Of a stretch of DNA of 15,714 bases, positions 1-7,760 are shown piece by piece (positions within the stretch are counted from its first letter, which is position 1; each line of letters opens with the position of its first letter). Position numbers and translations under genes: made by a program. Origin of the DNA: Candidatus Hodarchaeota archaeon (lineage in GTDB: Archaea; Asgardarchaeota; Heimdallarchaeia; Hodarchaeales; Hodarchaeaceae); assembly GCA_016840035.1 (NCBI GenBank), contig JAEOTC010000197.1, positions 1-15,714 of the forward strand, written 5' to 3'. Under the pieces are notes generated by a model. That model was not told the DNA's origin, did no database searches, and saw only the letters and a program-made list of their open reading frames with translations.

Positions 1-714
1 ATCAGTCACTATACTGGATGTGTAGGCTCTGCCTTCGCTGATCAATTTTATCTAGTTACAGGACATCAAGAAATTGCTGGTTCAGCCCTTGAATGGGCGA
101 AAAACAACATTCTTTATTTTAAAGAGGAATTAGAGTCGAAAGAAAAGAAAAATGTTTATGAAATCTTTGATGAATTAGTTTCTGATTGTCCTCCGGGTGC
201 TAAAGCAGCTGGTGGAACACATTTGATGTTTATGCCTTGGTTATACGGAGAAAAGTGTCCACTTGATGATGACAATGTTCGTGGGGGGTTAGTCAATTTA
301 TCATTAGATCATGATAGACGTCATTTACTGCGTGCTGTGTTTGAAGGGGTGGCGTTTAATGCCCGTTGGGCACTAGAAACTGTTGAAAAACTCTATTCAA
401 AGGTAGAATGGCTTTCAATTATTGGAGGAGGAGCTAAATCCAGAGTTTGGTGTCAGATTTATGCTGACATTCTGAATAGAAAAATTAGACGTGTTAAATA
501 TCCACAGGAAGCTGGAGCTCTAGGGTCAGCTTTAATCGCAAAAATGGCTCTGGGTGAAGTAACAGATCTGGATGAAATTAAGGAATGTTGTCACTATGAT
601 GATGAATTCACTCCAAATCCCGAATATCGTAAACTGTACGATAATCTTTTTGACGAATTTAAGAATCTCTATAAACAAAATAAGAAATGGTTCAAACGGC
701 TAAACCAGAAATGA
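1..714 (+). CDS. FGGY-family carbohydrate kinase (xylulokinase-like), C-terminal part; 5'-truncated by the window edge
   Basis: Frame 1 is open from base 1 (ISHYTGCVGSAFAD...AGSALEWAK...) into the listed ORF. FGGY_C motifs: LMFMPWLYGEKCP, RGGLVNLSL, LLRAVFEGVAF, IIGGGAKS..WCQIYADIL, EAGALGSA. Confidence 0.9.
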   Translation: MSHYTGCVGSAFADQFYLVTGHQEIAGSALEWAKNNILYFKEELESKEKKNVYEIFDELVSDCPPGAKAAGGTHLMFMPWLYGEKCPLDDDNVRGGLVNLSLDHDRRHLLRAVFEGVAFNARWALETVEKLYSKVEWLSIIGGGAKSRVWCQIYADILNRKIRRVKYPQEAGALGSALIAKMALGEVTDLDEIKECCHYDDEFTPNPEYRKLYDNLFDEFKNLYKQNKKWFKRLNQK

Positions 715-725
715 TTGTGGATAGA

Positions 726-1754
726 TTAAGAGGAAATTTTTATAGTTCTGAAATCATCTGGGTATTTTAATTTTAGATAAATTTGGATTTCAGTTTCATC
801 AATCGTTTCTAAAGCTGTTGCCTCATCGATAGTAGATCGCTGGAGTCTTGTCCAGTTAAGTAAATCTTTGCCAATTTTAAGGCTTTTTCTCATGGAATCT
901 GATTCATCAACAATGAGTATAACTGAAAAATCGGTTTCTTCTACTCGAACTAACTTATAATTTTCATCTAACTCTGAAGCACCAGTTCGTTTCATAAGAA
1001 TCTCTCTGACCCCTGCGCCCAATGAAGCTTGAGCAAAGGTATTCACTGCCGTAAACATACTTGTAAGCATGGAAGGATCATAAGTAACTTCATCTTCTTT
1101 GGCACTTGTACCAACAAGTAAGCCAGATTCAGTCTTATAAATACAAACATTGTGAATGTTGATTTTAGGGAGGATAACTTCACCAGTAAGTGTTTCAATG
1201 AGCCAATCGAACGCTTGATAGAAATTTACACCAGATTTTGCCGATAAATGGAAGATATTGACAGCTCGGAACTGTCCCTTTTGCTGAATTTCATACAAGT
1301 CAAAATGCTGTAATAACAAAACGTAGGGATCTACTCCTGAAAGATCTGCCTTGTTTGCTGCGACTAATAAAATTCCACCAGGTTTAATACTAGGAAGTGC
1401 ATTAAACAACGCTTTTTTGCTTTCCTCAAAGGTTTCAGGTGCTGAACAATCTATTACGAATACAACAGCGGTAGCAATACGCAGATAGTCTTCCCAAATC
1501 ATGTGAAAGGATTCTTGTCCACCTAAATCAAAGGCCTGAAAGTTTACATCCCGATATTCGAAAGAATCTACATTTAAACCCATTGTACGAACTGAATTGC
1601 CGTGAAATTCACCTGTCCGAAGTCTTTGTAATATTGTGGTCTTTCCTGCCATACCGAGACCAATAAATGTAATTAACTTTTCCCCGATTGGTGCTTTCGT
1701 GTCAATATCTTTGACTTTCTCTCTGCGCCGGAATAATCGTTTTAGTAACGACAT
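726..1754 (-). CDS. Arf-family small GTPase with an N-terminal amphipathic helix and a C-terminal longin-like domain
   Basis: G1 GLGMAGKT, switch I TMGLNV (Arf TIGFNV), G3 FDLGGQ followed by IWEDY, AVVFVID, G4 NKAD, G5 SAK, then FYQAFDWL. Residues ~199-305 show a longin-like pattern (IHNVCIYKTESGLLV; DPSMLTSMFTAVNTFAQ; three strands; helix). Confidence 0.9.
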   Translation of the reverse strand: MSLLKRLFRRREKVKDIDTKAPIGEKLITFIGLGMAGKTTILQRLRTGEFHGNSVRTMGLNVDSFEYRDVNFQAFDLGGQESFHMIWEDYLRIATAVVFVIDCSAPETFEESKKALFNALPSIKPGGILLVAANKADLSGVDPYVLLLQHFDLYEIQQKGQFRAVNIFHLSAKSGVNFYQAFDWLIETLTGEVILPKINIHNVCIYKTESGLLVGTSAKEDEVTYDPSMLTSMFTAVNTFAQASLGAGVREILMKRTGASELDENYKLVRVEETDFSVILIVDESDSMRKSLKIGKDLLNWTRLQRSTIDEATALETIDETEIQIYLKLKYPDDFRTIKISS

Positions 1755-1986
1755 GGAAACACTCCAAGAGTAAGAATGCGTGGAAACTTCTCTCTTTAAT
1801 TATTCTAAACACACATTTTAATTAAAGGTAACTAGTCAAAACTTCCGAAATCCAAAAATTTTCTTCAAATAATTTTTTTGTCGTTTTAGTTTTCGCAAAA
1901 ATATGGCGCTATCAACAGTTCATTCCTTATACAATCATTTTCTGGTTCATTATCTTCGGGGATACTGTTTCTTGTGAGAAAATTCT

Positions 1987-2002
1987 TAAAAGGGGCCTTT
2001 TA
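1987..2002. promoter_or_regulatory. Palindrome TAAAAGG-GG-CCTTTTA in the divergent intergenic region; candidate operator or promoter element
   Basis: Perfect 7-bp arms with a 2-nt centre, overlapping a TTAAAA TATA-like box, between the divergent GTPase and uDENN genes. Confidence 0.3.
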
Positions 2003-2119
2003 CTTACTTTTTTAAAGCTGGATTGCGCTATCTTAGATAAATAAAACAGTCAATTCTCAATTGTTAAAGTAGTCTAAATTCGGGTATAAACAATAAAATC
2101 AACTAGGATTGTATCCAGA

Positions 2120-2659
2120 ATGAGTACTGGTGAAGATTACCAAGGTATTTTGGTATATTCTGAATTTGATGGTAAGATCGGTCCAGTTGTGCGTGCACAT
2201 CATCCTGAAACTCTCTATCCAGATGAACTTAAGCTTCTTGCTTCTATGAGCATGCCAAACGTGGGACAACAAACCAATCTTGATCTAGCAGAGACCTCTG
2301 GGTTCCAAATCTTTACCCTTGATAATTCTAAAGTTGTTTATTGCTATTACAAGTTTCTTACAGGCGGTGTAAAAACCCTTACTGGTGCCTCTCTTGTATC
2401 TCTATCGTTTGTAACTGAACGTCTAATTAATCCGTTTCGGTTCAAACCATTCTTAGAACTAGTACTTTCTCCCCTCTTTCGGGTGGTGGTTGACTCTAAA
2501 GTGCTTCGTCAAATTATTGAATCAGTAGCTTCTACAGGGATGATCGACAAAGACATTTCATCGAAAGGCCCTGCTATCCGAGTAAAGGCACGAATTATTC
2601 AAGATTCTGAACTTCCTTTGTTTTATTACGAATTGGAGAAGAATCTCGGTAGATTGTAA
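2120..2659 (+). CDS. uDENN/longin-domain protein (NPRL2/C9orf72/SMCR8/folliculin-like N-terminal domain)
   Basis: N-terminal GILVYSEFDGKIGPVVRAHHPE matches the hydrophobic-strand-[EF]-F[DH]xxxGP...P signature of uDENN longins. It is followed by a helix ending in SMP, strands FQIFTL / VVYCYYKF / LVSLSFVT and a helix. Confidence 0.7.
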   Translation: MSTGEDYQGILVYSEFDGKIGPVVRAHHPETLYPDELKLLASMSMPNVGQQTNLDLAETSGFQIFTLDNSKVVYCYYKFLTGGVKTLTGASLVSLSFVTERLINPFRFKPFLELVLSPLFRVVVDSKVLRQIIESVASTGMIDKDISSKGPAIRVKARIIQDSELPLFYYELEKNLGRL

Positions 2660-2665
2660 ACGTAT

Positions 2666-3952
2666 TTATACGATTACACTGCGTTTATAGGTTATTTTAA
2701 ATAGTAAGATGAAAATCAGGCATAGAAATGCCACTATCCCTAGAAATAAGAAGCTAGTACCGAAATTATAAGTATCAGCTAAGTAACCAAACACCGTTGG
2801 TGCAATTGCTCCAGTCAGGGTCGCTCCTGAGAATAGTATTCCAAAAGCAGCACCCATATCTTTAGGAGAGATTTCACTCATAATGGTGGGAAGGATTGCT
2901 GCTCCAAGGAAGAAGAAAAAAGTCAGGATGAGGTATAGTCCCAATACGATGAGAGATAGATTATGAGGGATCAAAACTAATATTACTAAAAGCATTGTTG
3001 CGACTCCATTTGACAAAAACATAGAATTAACTCGGAAATTGATCCGAATATTCCTGCTTACTCCTTTTGATATCCGTCTATTATTCAGTTGTCCCATTAT
3101 GTATGTACCTAGGGCACCAATGCCTAGTACCACAGCAGTAAGTACTGATGCCTCTACTCTCGTAAAAGCAAAAGCGTCAGAAAATACAACAGTTGTAAAA
3201 TATGAAATACATCTGAATACAGGAGCGCGTGCGGCTGAAATTAGCACAACAAGGAGCATGAGAATAGAGATATTCTTTTTAATTACCCCCTCTTTTTTTG
3301 CTTCGTTATTTTTGGTATTCATAACATTTTCATGTAATTCAGACGTATTTGGAAAAAAAGTCCAGATTAAAAGACCAGTAACTATTTGGAATACTGCAAA
3401 CAACAAAAATGCAATTCGCCAATTCCATAAAACTGCAAAAAACATGGCAATTAATGGTGTTACCGCACTTCCTGAATTCCCAAAAACTGAGTTTATCCCC
3501 ATATTTCGGTCTTGATTCTTCATATTATTGATAAAAGCGAATGCTACAGGATGATACGTTGATAAGGAAATACCAAGAATAACAGTTGCAAGAGCTAGAT
3601 CAATAAATGTCGCTGCAAAGGACATTATGATACTAAATACACCTAGACCAATTGTACCTGTCCAGATGAGGTGTTTTTTTGAGTAAGGATATTTATCACC
3701 AATCCTACCGACTCCAGTCGATAACAAAACCAATAGTAGCATGGGAATTGAACCCAGTAGTCCCTCTTCTGTATGTGTTAATGGAATATCTGTTTGAAGG
3801 TAAATAAGAAGTGCTGCGGTCAGATAATTACCCACATGATTACTGAAATGACCCAAACCAGTCCATAGAAGGATTTTCTTTTCCAAATTCACGGGAGAAT
3901 TCACTATCACCCGAGAAAAATTTGAGCTCAAAAACCCTATCGAGCTCATCAA
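2666..3952 (-). CDS. Major facilitator superfamily transporter
   Basis: About 12 hydrophobic segments in two halves. MFS motif A-like GRIGDKYPYSKK; GHFSNH in TM1; YHPVA; APTVFGYLADTY near the C-terminus. Confidence 0.9.
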   Translation of the reverse strand: MMSSIGFLSSNFSRVIVNSPVNLEKKILLWTGLGHFSNHVGNYLTAALLIYLQTDIPLTHTEEGLLGSIPMLLLVLLSTGVGRIGDKYPYSKKHLIWTGTIGLGVFSIIMSFAATFIDLALATVILGISLSTYHPVAFAFINNMKNQDRNMGINSVFGNSGSAVTPLIAMFFAVLWNWRIAFLLFAVFQIVTGLLIWTFFPNTSELHENVMNTKNNEAKKEGVIKKNISILMLLVVLISAARAPVFRCISYFTTVVFSDAFAFTRVEASVLTAVVLGIGALGTYIMGQLNNRRISKGVSRNIRINFRVNSMFLSNGVATMLLVILVLIPHNLSLIVLGLYLILTFFFFLGAAILPTIMSEISPKDMGAAFGILFSGATLTGAIAPTVFGYLADTYNFGTSFLFLGIVAFLCLIFILLFKITYKRSVIV

Positions 3953-3954
3953 TT

Positions 3955-5100
3955 TTACTTTTCTGATTTATCAAAAAACTTTGTGAGGGCCAATCTTTTG
4001 TCTGTTTGGTCAGATTTTTCAAAATAGGAAGTGTAGTACCTGATATATTCCGTAAAAACTGTTGTATCTTGTCTTAAATTATCGAGAACATCTTGAATAA
4101 TCCTTATCTCATTATACTCCTTCTTAGTAAATGTGAACTTCTTAAGCTTCAGCAGTTCATCGAAAGACGTATCCTTGAATATACTCACATACTTGACTAT
4201 CGTCTGTTCTAAATGAGGAAGTAAATTGACTGGTTGAGGAGTAAAGAAGTGTCCAGTAATTCTTTCGTGAATTACCGTTTTACGGGGAAATTTTTCATAT
4301 CCTATTCCACGGATATTAAGTATTCGTGCGGCTGCAAGTGTACTACCTGTCCCTGCAAAGGGGTCTAGGATATTTGTTGCTCCAGTTAATTTGATACACT
4401 TATACGGAAGTTCGATGGGAAATGGTGCCTCGTGACCTTTTTTAATAGTACTTCCAGTTGTTCGAGTATAAGGAATAAACCAAACGTTTCCAGCATCTCG
4501 AAGATCTGATTGTGCATATCTTCCGATATTTGATTTATCTGCATATGGAATTCCAATCGCCTGGGGATTAATCTGATACTCCTTCCGATCTTTAACAAAG
4601 ATATAAATATACTCAAATATATTATTTAATCTCCTACTTCTACCAGAAGGTGTATAATGACCTCTACCTAGAAATGATTTTAACCAAATTATGGTTTGAA
4701 GGCGAATAAATCCACCTTGTGTTACTAGATCTGCAATCCGTTCTGAAAATCCCTGGTTATTCGCTGAATCACCAACGTTTAAGAAAAACATGCCTTTAGA
4801 GGAAAGAACTCTGTAACATTCTGACCAAACTTTTGAGAGTAAAGTTTCATACTCTTCTTCCGACTGTTGGTCATCATAAACATTTCCTTTGTCGTCCGAA
4901 TATACTTTACTCCTATTGTAGGGAGGGGAGGTCACAATTAAATCAATAGATAAGTCCTTAACCTCAGTCATGTCCTCTGAACTTTTATAGTAAATAACTT
5001 GTTGCCCAAATTTGTCTAAATCACTTTCAGGTTTCATAGGAATGCCAATTTTATTTTGGAAAATGGGATTGAGAGTACCTTTCTCTTCTGAAAAATTCAT
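3955..5100 (-). CDS. Beta-class N4-cytosine/N6-adenine DNA methyltransferase (orphan); start may be the downstream Met (MKPESD)
   Basis: Catalytic motif IV DLIVTSPPY precedes the SAM-binding motif ILDPFAGTGST (beta order). Also IIWLK, FEYIYIF, NVWFI, HEAPFP. Confidence 0.9.
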   Translation of the reverse strand: MNFSEEKGTLNPIFQNKIGIPMKPESDLDKFGQQVIYYKSSEDMTEVKDLSIDLIVTSPPYNRSKVYSDDKGNVYDDQQSEEEYETLLSKVWSECYRVLSSKGMFFLNVGDSANNQGFSERIADLVTQGGFIRLQTIIWLKSFLGRGHYTPSGRSRRLNNIFEYIYIFVKDRKEYQINPQAIGIPYADKSNIGRYAQSDLRDAGNVWFIPYTRTTGSTIKKGHEAPFPIELPYKCIKLTGATNILDPFAGTGSTLAAARILNIRGIGYEKFPRKTVIHERITGHFFTPQPVNLLPHLEQTIVKYVSIFKDTSFDELLKLKKFTFTKKEYNEIRIIQDVLDNLRQDTTVFTEYIRYYTSYFEKSDQTDKRLALTKFFDKSEK

Positions 5101-5276
5101 TTCTGATTTTAAGAATCTAATTGACCCGATATTCTGGATTAGATAAAAATTTTTGGTTTGCTTCTCTCTAGGTTGTGTGTTTTATTACCCTGAAATTGAA
5201 TCTGAATTCAAAAGGAACCTTTAATTACTAATTTTGATAATCCTTTGTTCAGTTTCAAGATATTATGCATTAAATA

Positions 5277-5290
5277 ACAAAAGCTTAATA
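5277..5290 (+). promoter_or_regulatory. Putative BRE/TATA promoter for the SSB transcript
   Basis: ACAAAAG-CTTAATA is a purine-rich BRE-like run followed by a TATA-like box, ~25-30 nt upstream of the structured leader at 5317. Confidence 0.4.
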
Positions 5291-5316
5291 TTTTAGTTTT
5301 TTTTTATCGTACAAGA

Positions 5317-5431
5317 CACGGAAAATACTTCTGTTCTGCATTACGAGAAAAATCTAATTCACATGATCTCCTCCGTCACCCTATATCTTGCTGAATAATT
5401 TTTTTCATGTTTGCATCAGAAAAAGTCCGTG
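5317..5431 (+). ncRNA. Candidate structured 5' leader (long imperfect hairpin) of the SSB mRNA
   Basis: Nested complementary segments: 5317-22/5426-31, 5329-33/5417-21, 5337-40/5412-15, 5345-53/5398-5406 (one G-U), 5357-61/5392-96, 5362-67/5385-90 (one mismatch). Confidence 0.5.
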
Positions 5432-5457
5432 AACCATTTCAAACTATCGTGAGAAAA

Positions 5458-6102
5458 ATGAACGAACATCAAGAATCTCAAGAAAACAAAGAGGAAGAAG
5501 AAACTCAAGAAGCTCAAGAAACCGAGAAATCTGAACCCTCTGAAAAAACTGAAGTATCTGAACCTTCCTCTGAAAGTCCACAGGAGACCGAGGAAACTCT
5601 CAATGTGATGAAAATCAGTGATTTGTCTCCTTTCGAAAGAAAACTTCAAGTCACATTTTGTGTTGTTGAAAAAGGCGAATCTCGAACAATTGTCAGCAAA
5701 AAAACTAATGAAGAACACAATCTTGCCGATTTAAAGGTAGGAGATGAGACAGGGACTATTACTTTGACTCTCTGGGATGAAACCATCGATCGGGTAACTG
5801 AAGGTGGTACTTTTGTCTTAAAGAACGGGTATGTAAATGTATTTCAAAGCCAGATGCGATTAGCGCTAGGTAAATGGGGCTCAATTGAGGATACTGAAGA
5901 AACAATTTCACTTGATGATGTCAATACAGAAAACGACCGATCCAAAGAACAACATGAAGACAGAAGACGACGAAGACGATCATATGATCGCGGTGGCGGT
6001 CAACGCCGATCCTCATATGGCGGTGGAAGATCCTATCGTGGCCGAGATAGTTCTGGCTATCGTGGAAAATCAGATCGTCAAGACCAACAAGAACGTTGGT
6101 AA
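5458..6102 (+). CDS. ssb: Single-stranded DNA-binding protein, single OB fold (crenarchaeal SSB/hSSB1-like), with an acidic N-tail and an Arg/Gly/Ser-rich C-tail
   Basis: KISDLSP...VTFCVVEKGE...VGDETGTITLTLWD...LKNGYVNVFQSQMRLALGKWGSI matches the Sulfolobus-type SSB OB fold. ATG 5458 is preferred over 5407, which lies inside the predicted leader hairpin. Confidence 0.88.
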   Translation: MNEHQESQENKEEEETQEAQETEKSEPSEKTEVSEPSSESPQETEETLNVMKISDLSPFERKLQVTFCVVEKGESRTIVSKKTNEEHNLADLKVGDETGTITLTLWDETIDRVTEGGTFVLKNGYVNVFQSQMRLALGKWGSIEDTEETISLDDVNTENDRSKEQHEDRRRRRRSYDRGGGQRRSSYGGGRSYRGRDSSGYRGKSDRQDQQERW

Positions 6103-6116
6103 ATAGATATCATCCA

Positions 6117-6145
6117 TTCTTTTTCTTTTTCTTTACTTTTTTTTT
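6117..6145 (+). terminator. Oligo-T archaeal-type terminator after ssb
   Basis: Long pyrimidine/T tract (ttctttttcttttctttactttttttt...) starting ~15 nt after the stop codon. Confidence 0.6.
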
Positions 6146-6382
6146 ACTCTCATTTGCTGATATCAGGCTAATCTAATTATTTGTTCGAAAAAAATTACTT
6201 AGCGATATTTTACACAATAAAATCTTGTATTTGTCCTGTTTGAAGATTGTTTCTACCATAATATTAAAAATTTTGAATTTATTTCAGATTTTTGGTGCTT
6301 AATCTTAATTATTTCAGTGAAATCTTCACAGATATCTACTCTAAAGGTAGTGTACTGAGAAGTTACCCTTATATTCGTTGAA

Positions 6383-7753
6383 ATGGATGAATCTAGAATC
6401 ATTATATCGGACGTACAAATTATGGGAAATGTAGTAGGAATACGCTTGGAAGATAAGAATAAATGGGAAAAAAGGACACCACTCGTTCCAGATCATGTGA
6501 GGGAACTAATATCTACAGAATCCTTGGATTTTGTCGTTCAGTCCTCACCTATTCGTGCATTCGATGATTCTGAGTATAAATCTGCTGGAGCTACCGTTTC
6601 ATCCGGTTTAGGTAATGCGAATATAATTTTCGCTATCAAAGAAATTCCAGTTAATCTATTAGAATCAAATAAGGTTTATATATTCTTCAGTCATACCGTG
6701 AAGGGCCAAAAATATAATATGCCCTTATTAAAACGAATGCTTGAATTGAATACTACATTGATTGATTATGAGAAGATAGTGGATGACAGAGGGTTTCGTC
6801 TTATTTATTTTGGGAACTATGCTGGATTAGCGGGTATGAATCAAGCTTTATGGGCCTATGGGGAACGAGTAAAGGAGCTAGAAGGTCTCAAAACTCCATT
6901 CTTAGACTTGAAACATACATATGAATATACCGACCTTGATAAAATGAAAGAAGCAATCTCCGAAATCGGAAGGGAAATCACAGAAAAAGGATTGCCTTCA
7001 GAATTAGTTCCAATGATTGTGGGATTTGCTGGATATGGGAATGTTTCACGTGGAGCACAGTCGATATTAGATCTCCTACCAGTAGTTGAGATAGATCCTA
7101 CGGAATTAAGGGATCTCTTTGTTAATAAACCAGATGAATTCTCTTCTAAACATGTATATAAAGTGGTATTCAAGGAAGAGCATATGGTAAAATCTAAAAC
7201 GGGAAAAGATTTCGATTTACAAGATTATTATCAACATGGGTCTGAAAAGTATATAGGAATATTTGAGGAATATATCGAATACTTATCGATCCTTATGAAT
7301 GGAATCTATTGGAGCGAGAAGTATCCTCGACTTCTTACTAAAGAACATGCCAAGAATATGTTCCAATCAAAAATTATGGTAAGATTACACGTAATTGGGG
7401 ACATATCATGCGATATTGAGGGAGGTATTGAACCCACCCTTATGGCTACAGAACCTGATAACCCTGCTTTTGTCTATAATCCATTTTCGGAAAAAGGAGT
7501 ACTAGGATTATCAGGAGAAGGTTTAGCAATAATGGCAGTTGATAATCTCCCCTGTGAGTTGCCCAAAGAATCATCTCGTAATTTTTCAACAACACTAAAA
7601 CCTTATATTCCAATAATAACCAAAGCCGATTATACAAAATCCTTTGATGAGTTAGGTTTGCCTTCTGTTATTAAGAATGCCGTAATTGCGCATCAAGGTC
7701 AACTTACTCCAAACTATGAATATTTAAACAAGTTTCTTGAACAAATAGATTAA
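6383..7753 (+). CDS. Lysine-ketoglutarate reductase (LKR/LOR; AlaDh/PNT fold), homologous to the N-terminal domain of AASS; probable start ATG 6422
   Basis: VGIRLEDKNKWEKRTPLVP, FFSHTVKGQ.YNMPLL, LIDYEKIVDDRG.RLIYFG.YAGLAGM, GYGNVSRGA, NGIYW...YPRLLT, DISCDIEG, MAVDNLPCELPKESS. Confidence 0.9.
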   Translation: MDESRIIISDVQIMGNVVGIRLEDKNKWEKRTPLVPDHVRELISTESLDFVVQSSPIRAFDDSEYKSAGATVSSGLGNANIIFAIKEIPVNLLESNKVYIFFSHTVKGQKYNMPLLKRMLELNTTLIDYEKIVDDRGFRLIYFGNYAGLAGMNQALWAYGERVKELEGLKTPFLDLKHTYEYTDLDKMKEAISEIGREITEKGLPSELVPMIVGFAGYGNVSRGAQSILDLLPVVEIDPTELRDLFVNKPDEFSSKHVYKVVFKEEHMVKSKTGKDFDLQDYYQHGSEKYIGIFEEYIEYLSILMNGIYWSEKYPRLLTKEHAKNMFQSKIMVRLHVIGDISCDIEGGIEPTLMATEPDNPAFVYNPFSEKGVLGLSGEGLAIMAVDNLPCELPKESSRNFSTTLKPYIPIITKADYTKSFDELGLPSVIKNAVIAHQGQLTPNYEYLNKFLEQID

Positions 7754-7760
7754 AGAATGT

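Noticed and set aside
3039-3515. 158-aa plus-strand ORF, and the other short overlapping ORFs (3840, 4386, 5416, 5885, 6856, 7446, 9337, 10226, 11842, 14830, 15081)
   Set aside because: All overlap well-supported genes in another frame or strand and carry no recognisable motifs; they are shadow ORFs.
5470-5600. Short degenerate repeats (ctcaagaa, tctgaacc) as a CRISPR or tandem repeat array
   Set aside because: They are codon-level repeats of the SSB acidic tail with no regular spacer structure.
6310-6362. Small hairpins upstream of LKR as a lysine riboswitch
   Set aside because: Too short, with weak and partly overlapping stems and no L-box consensus.
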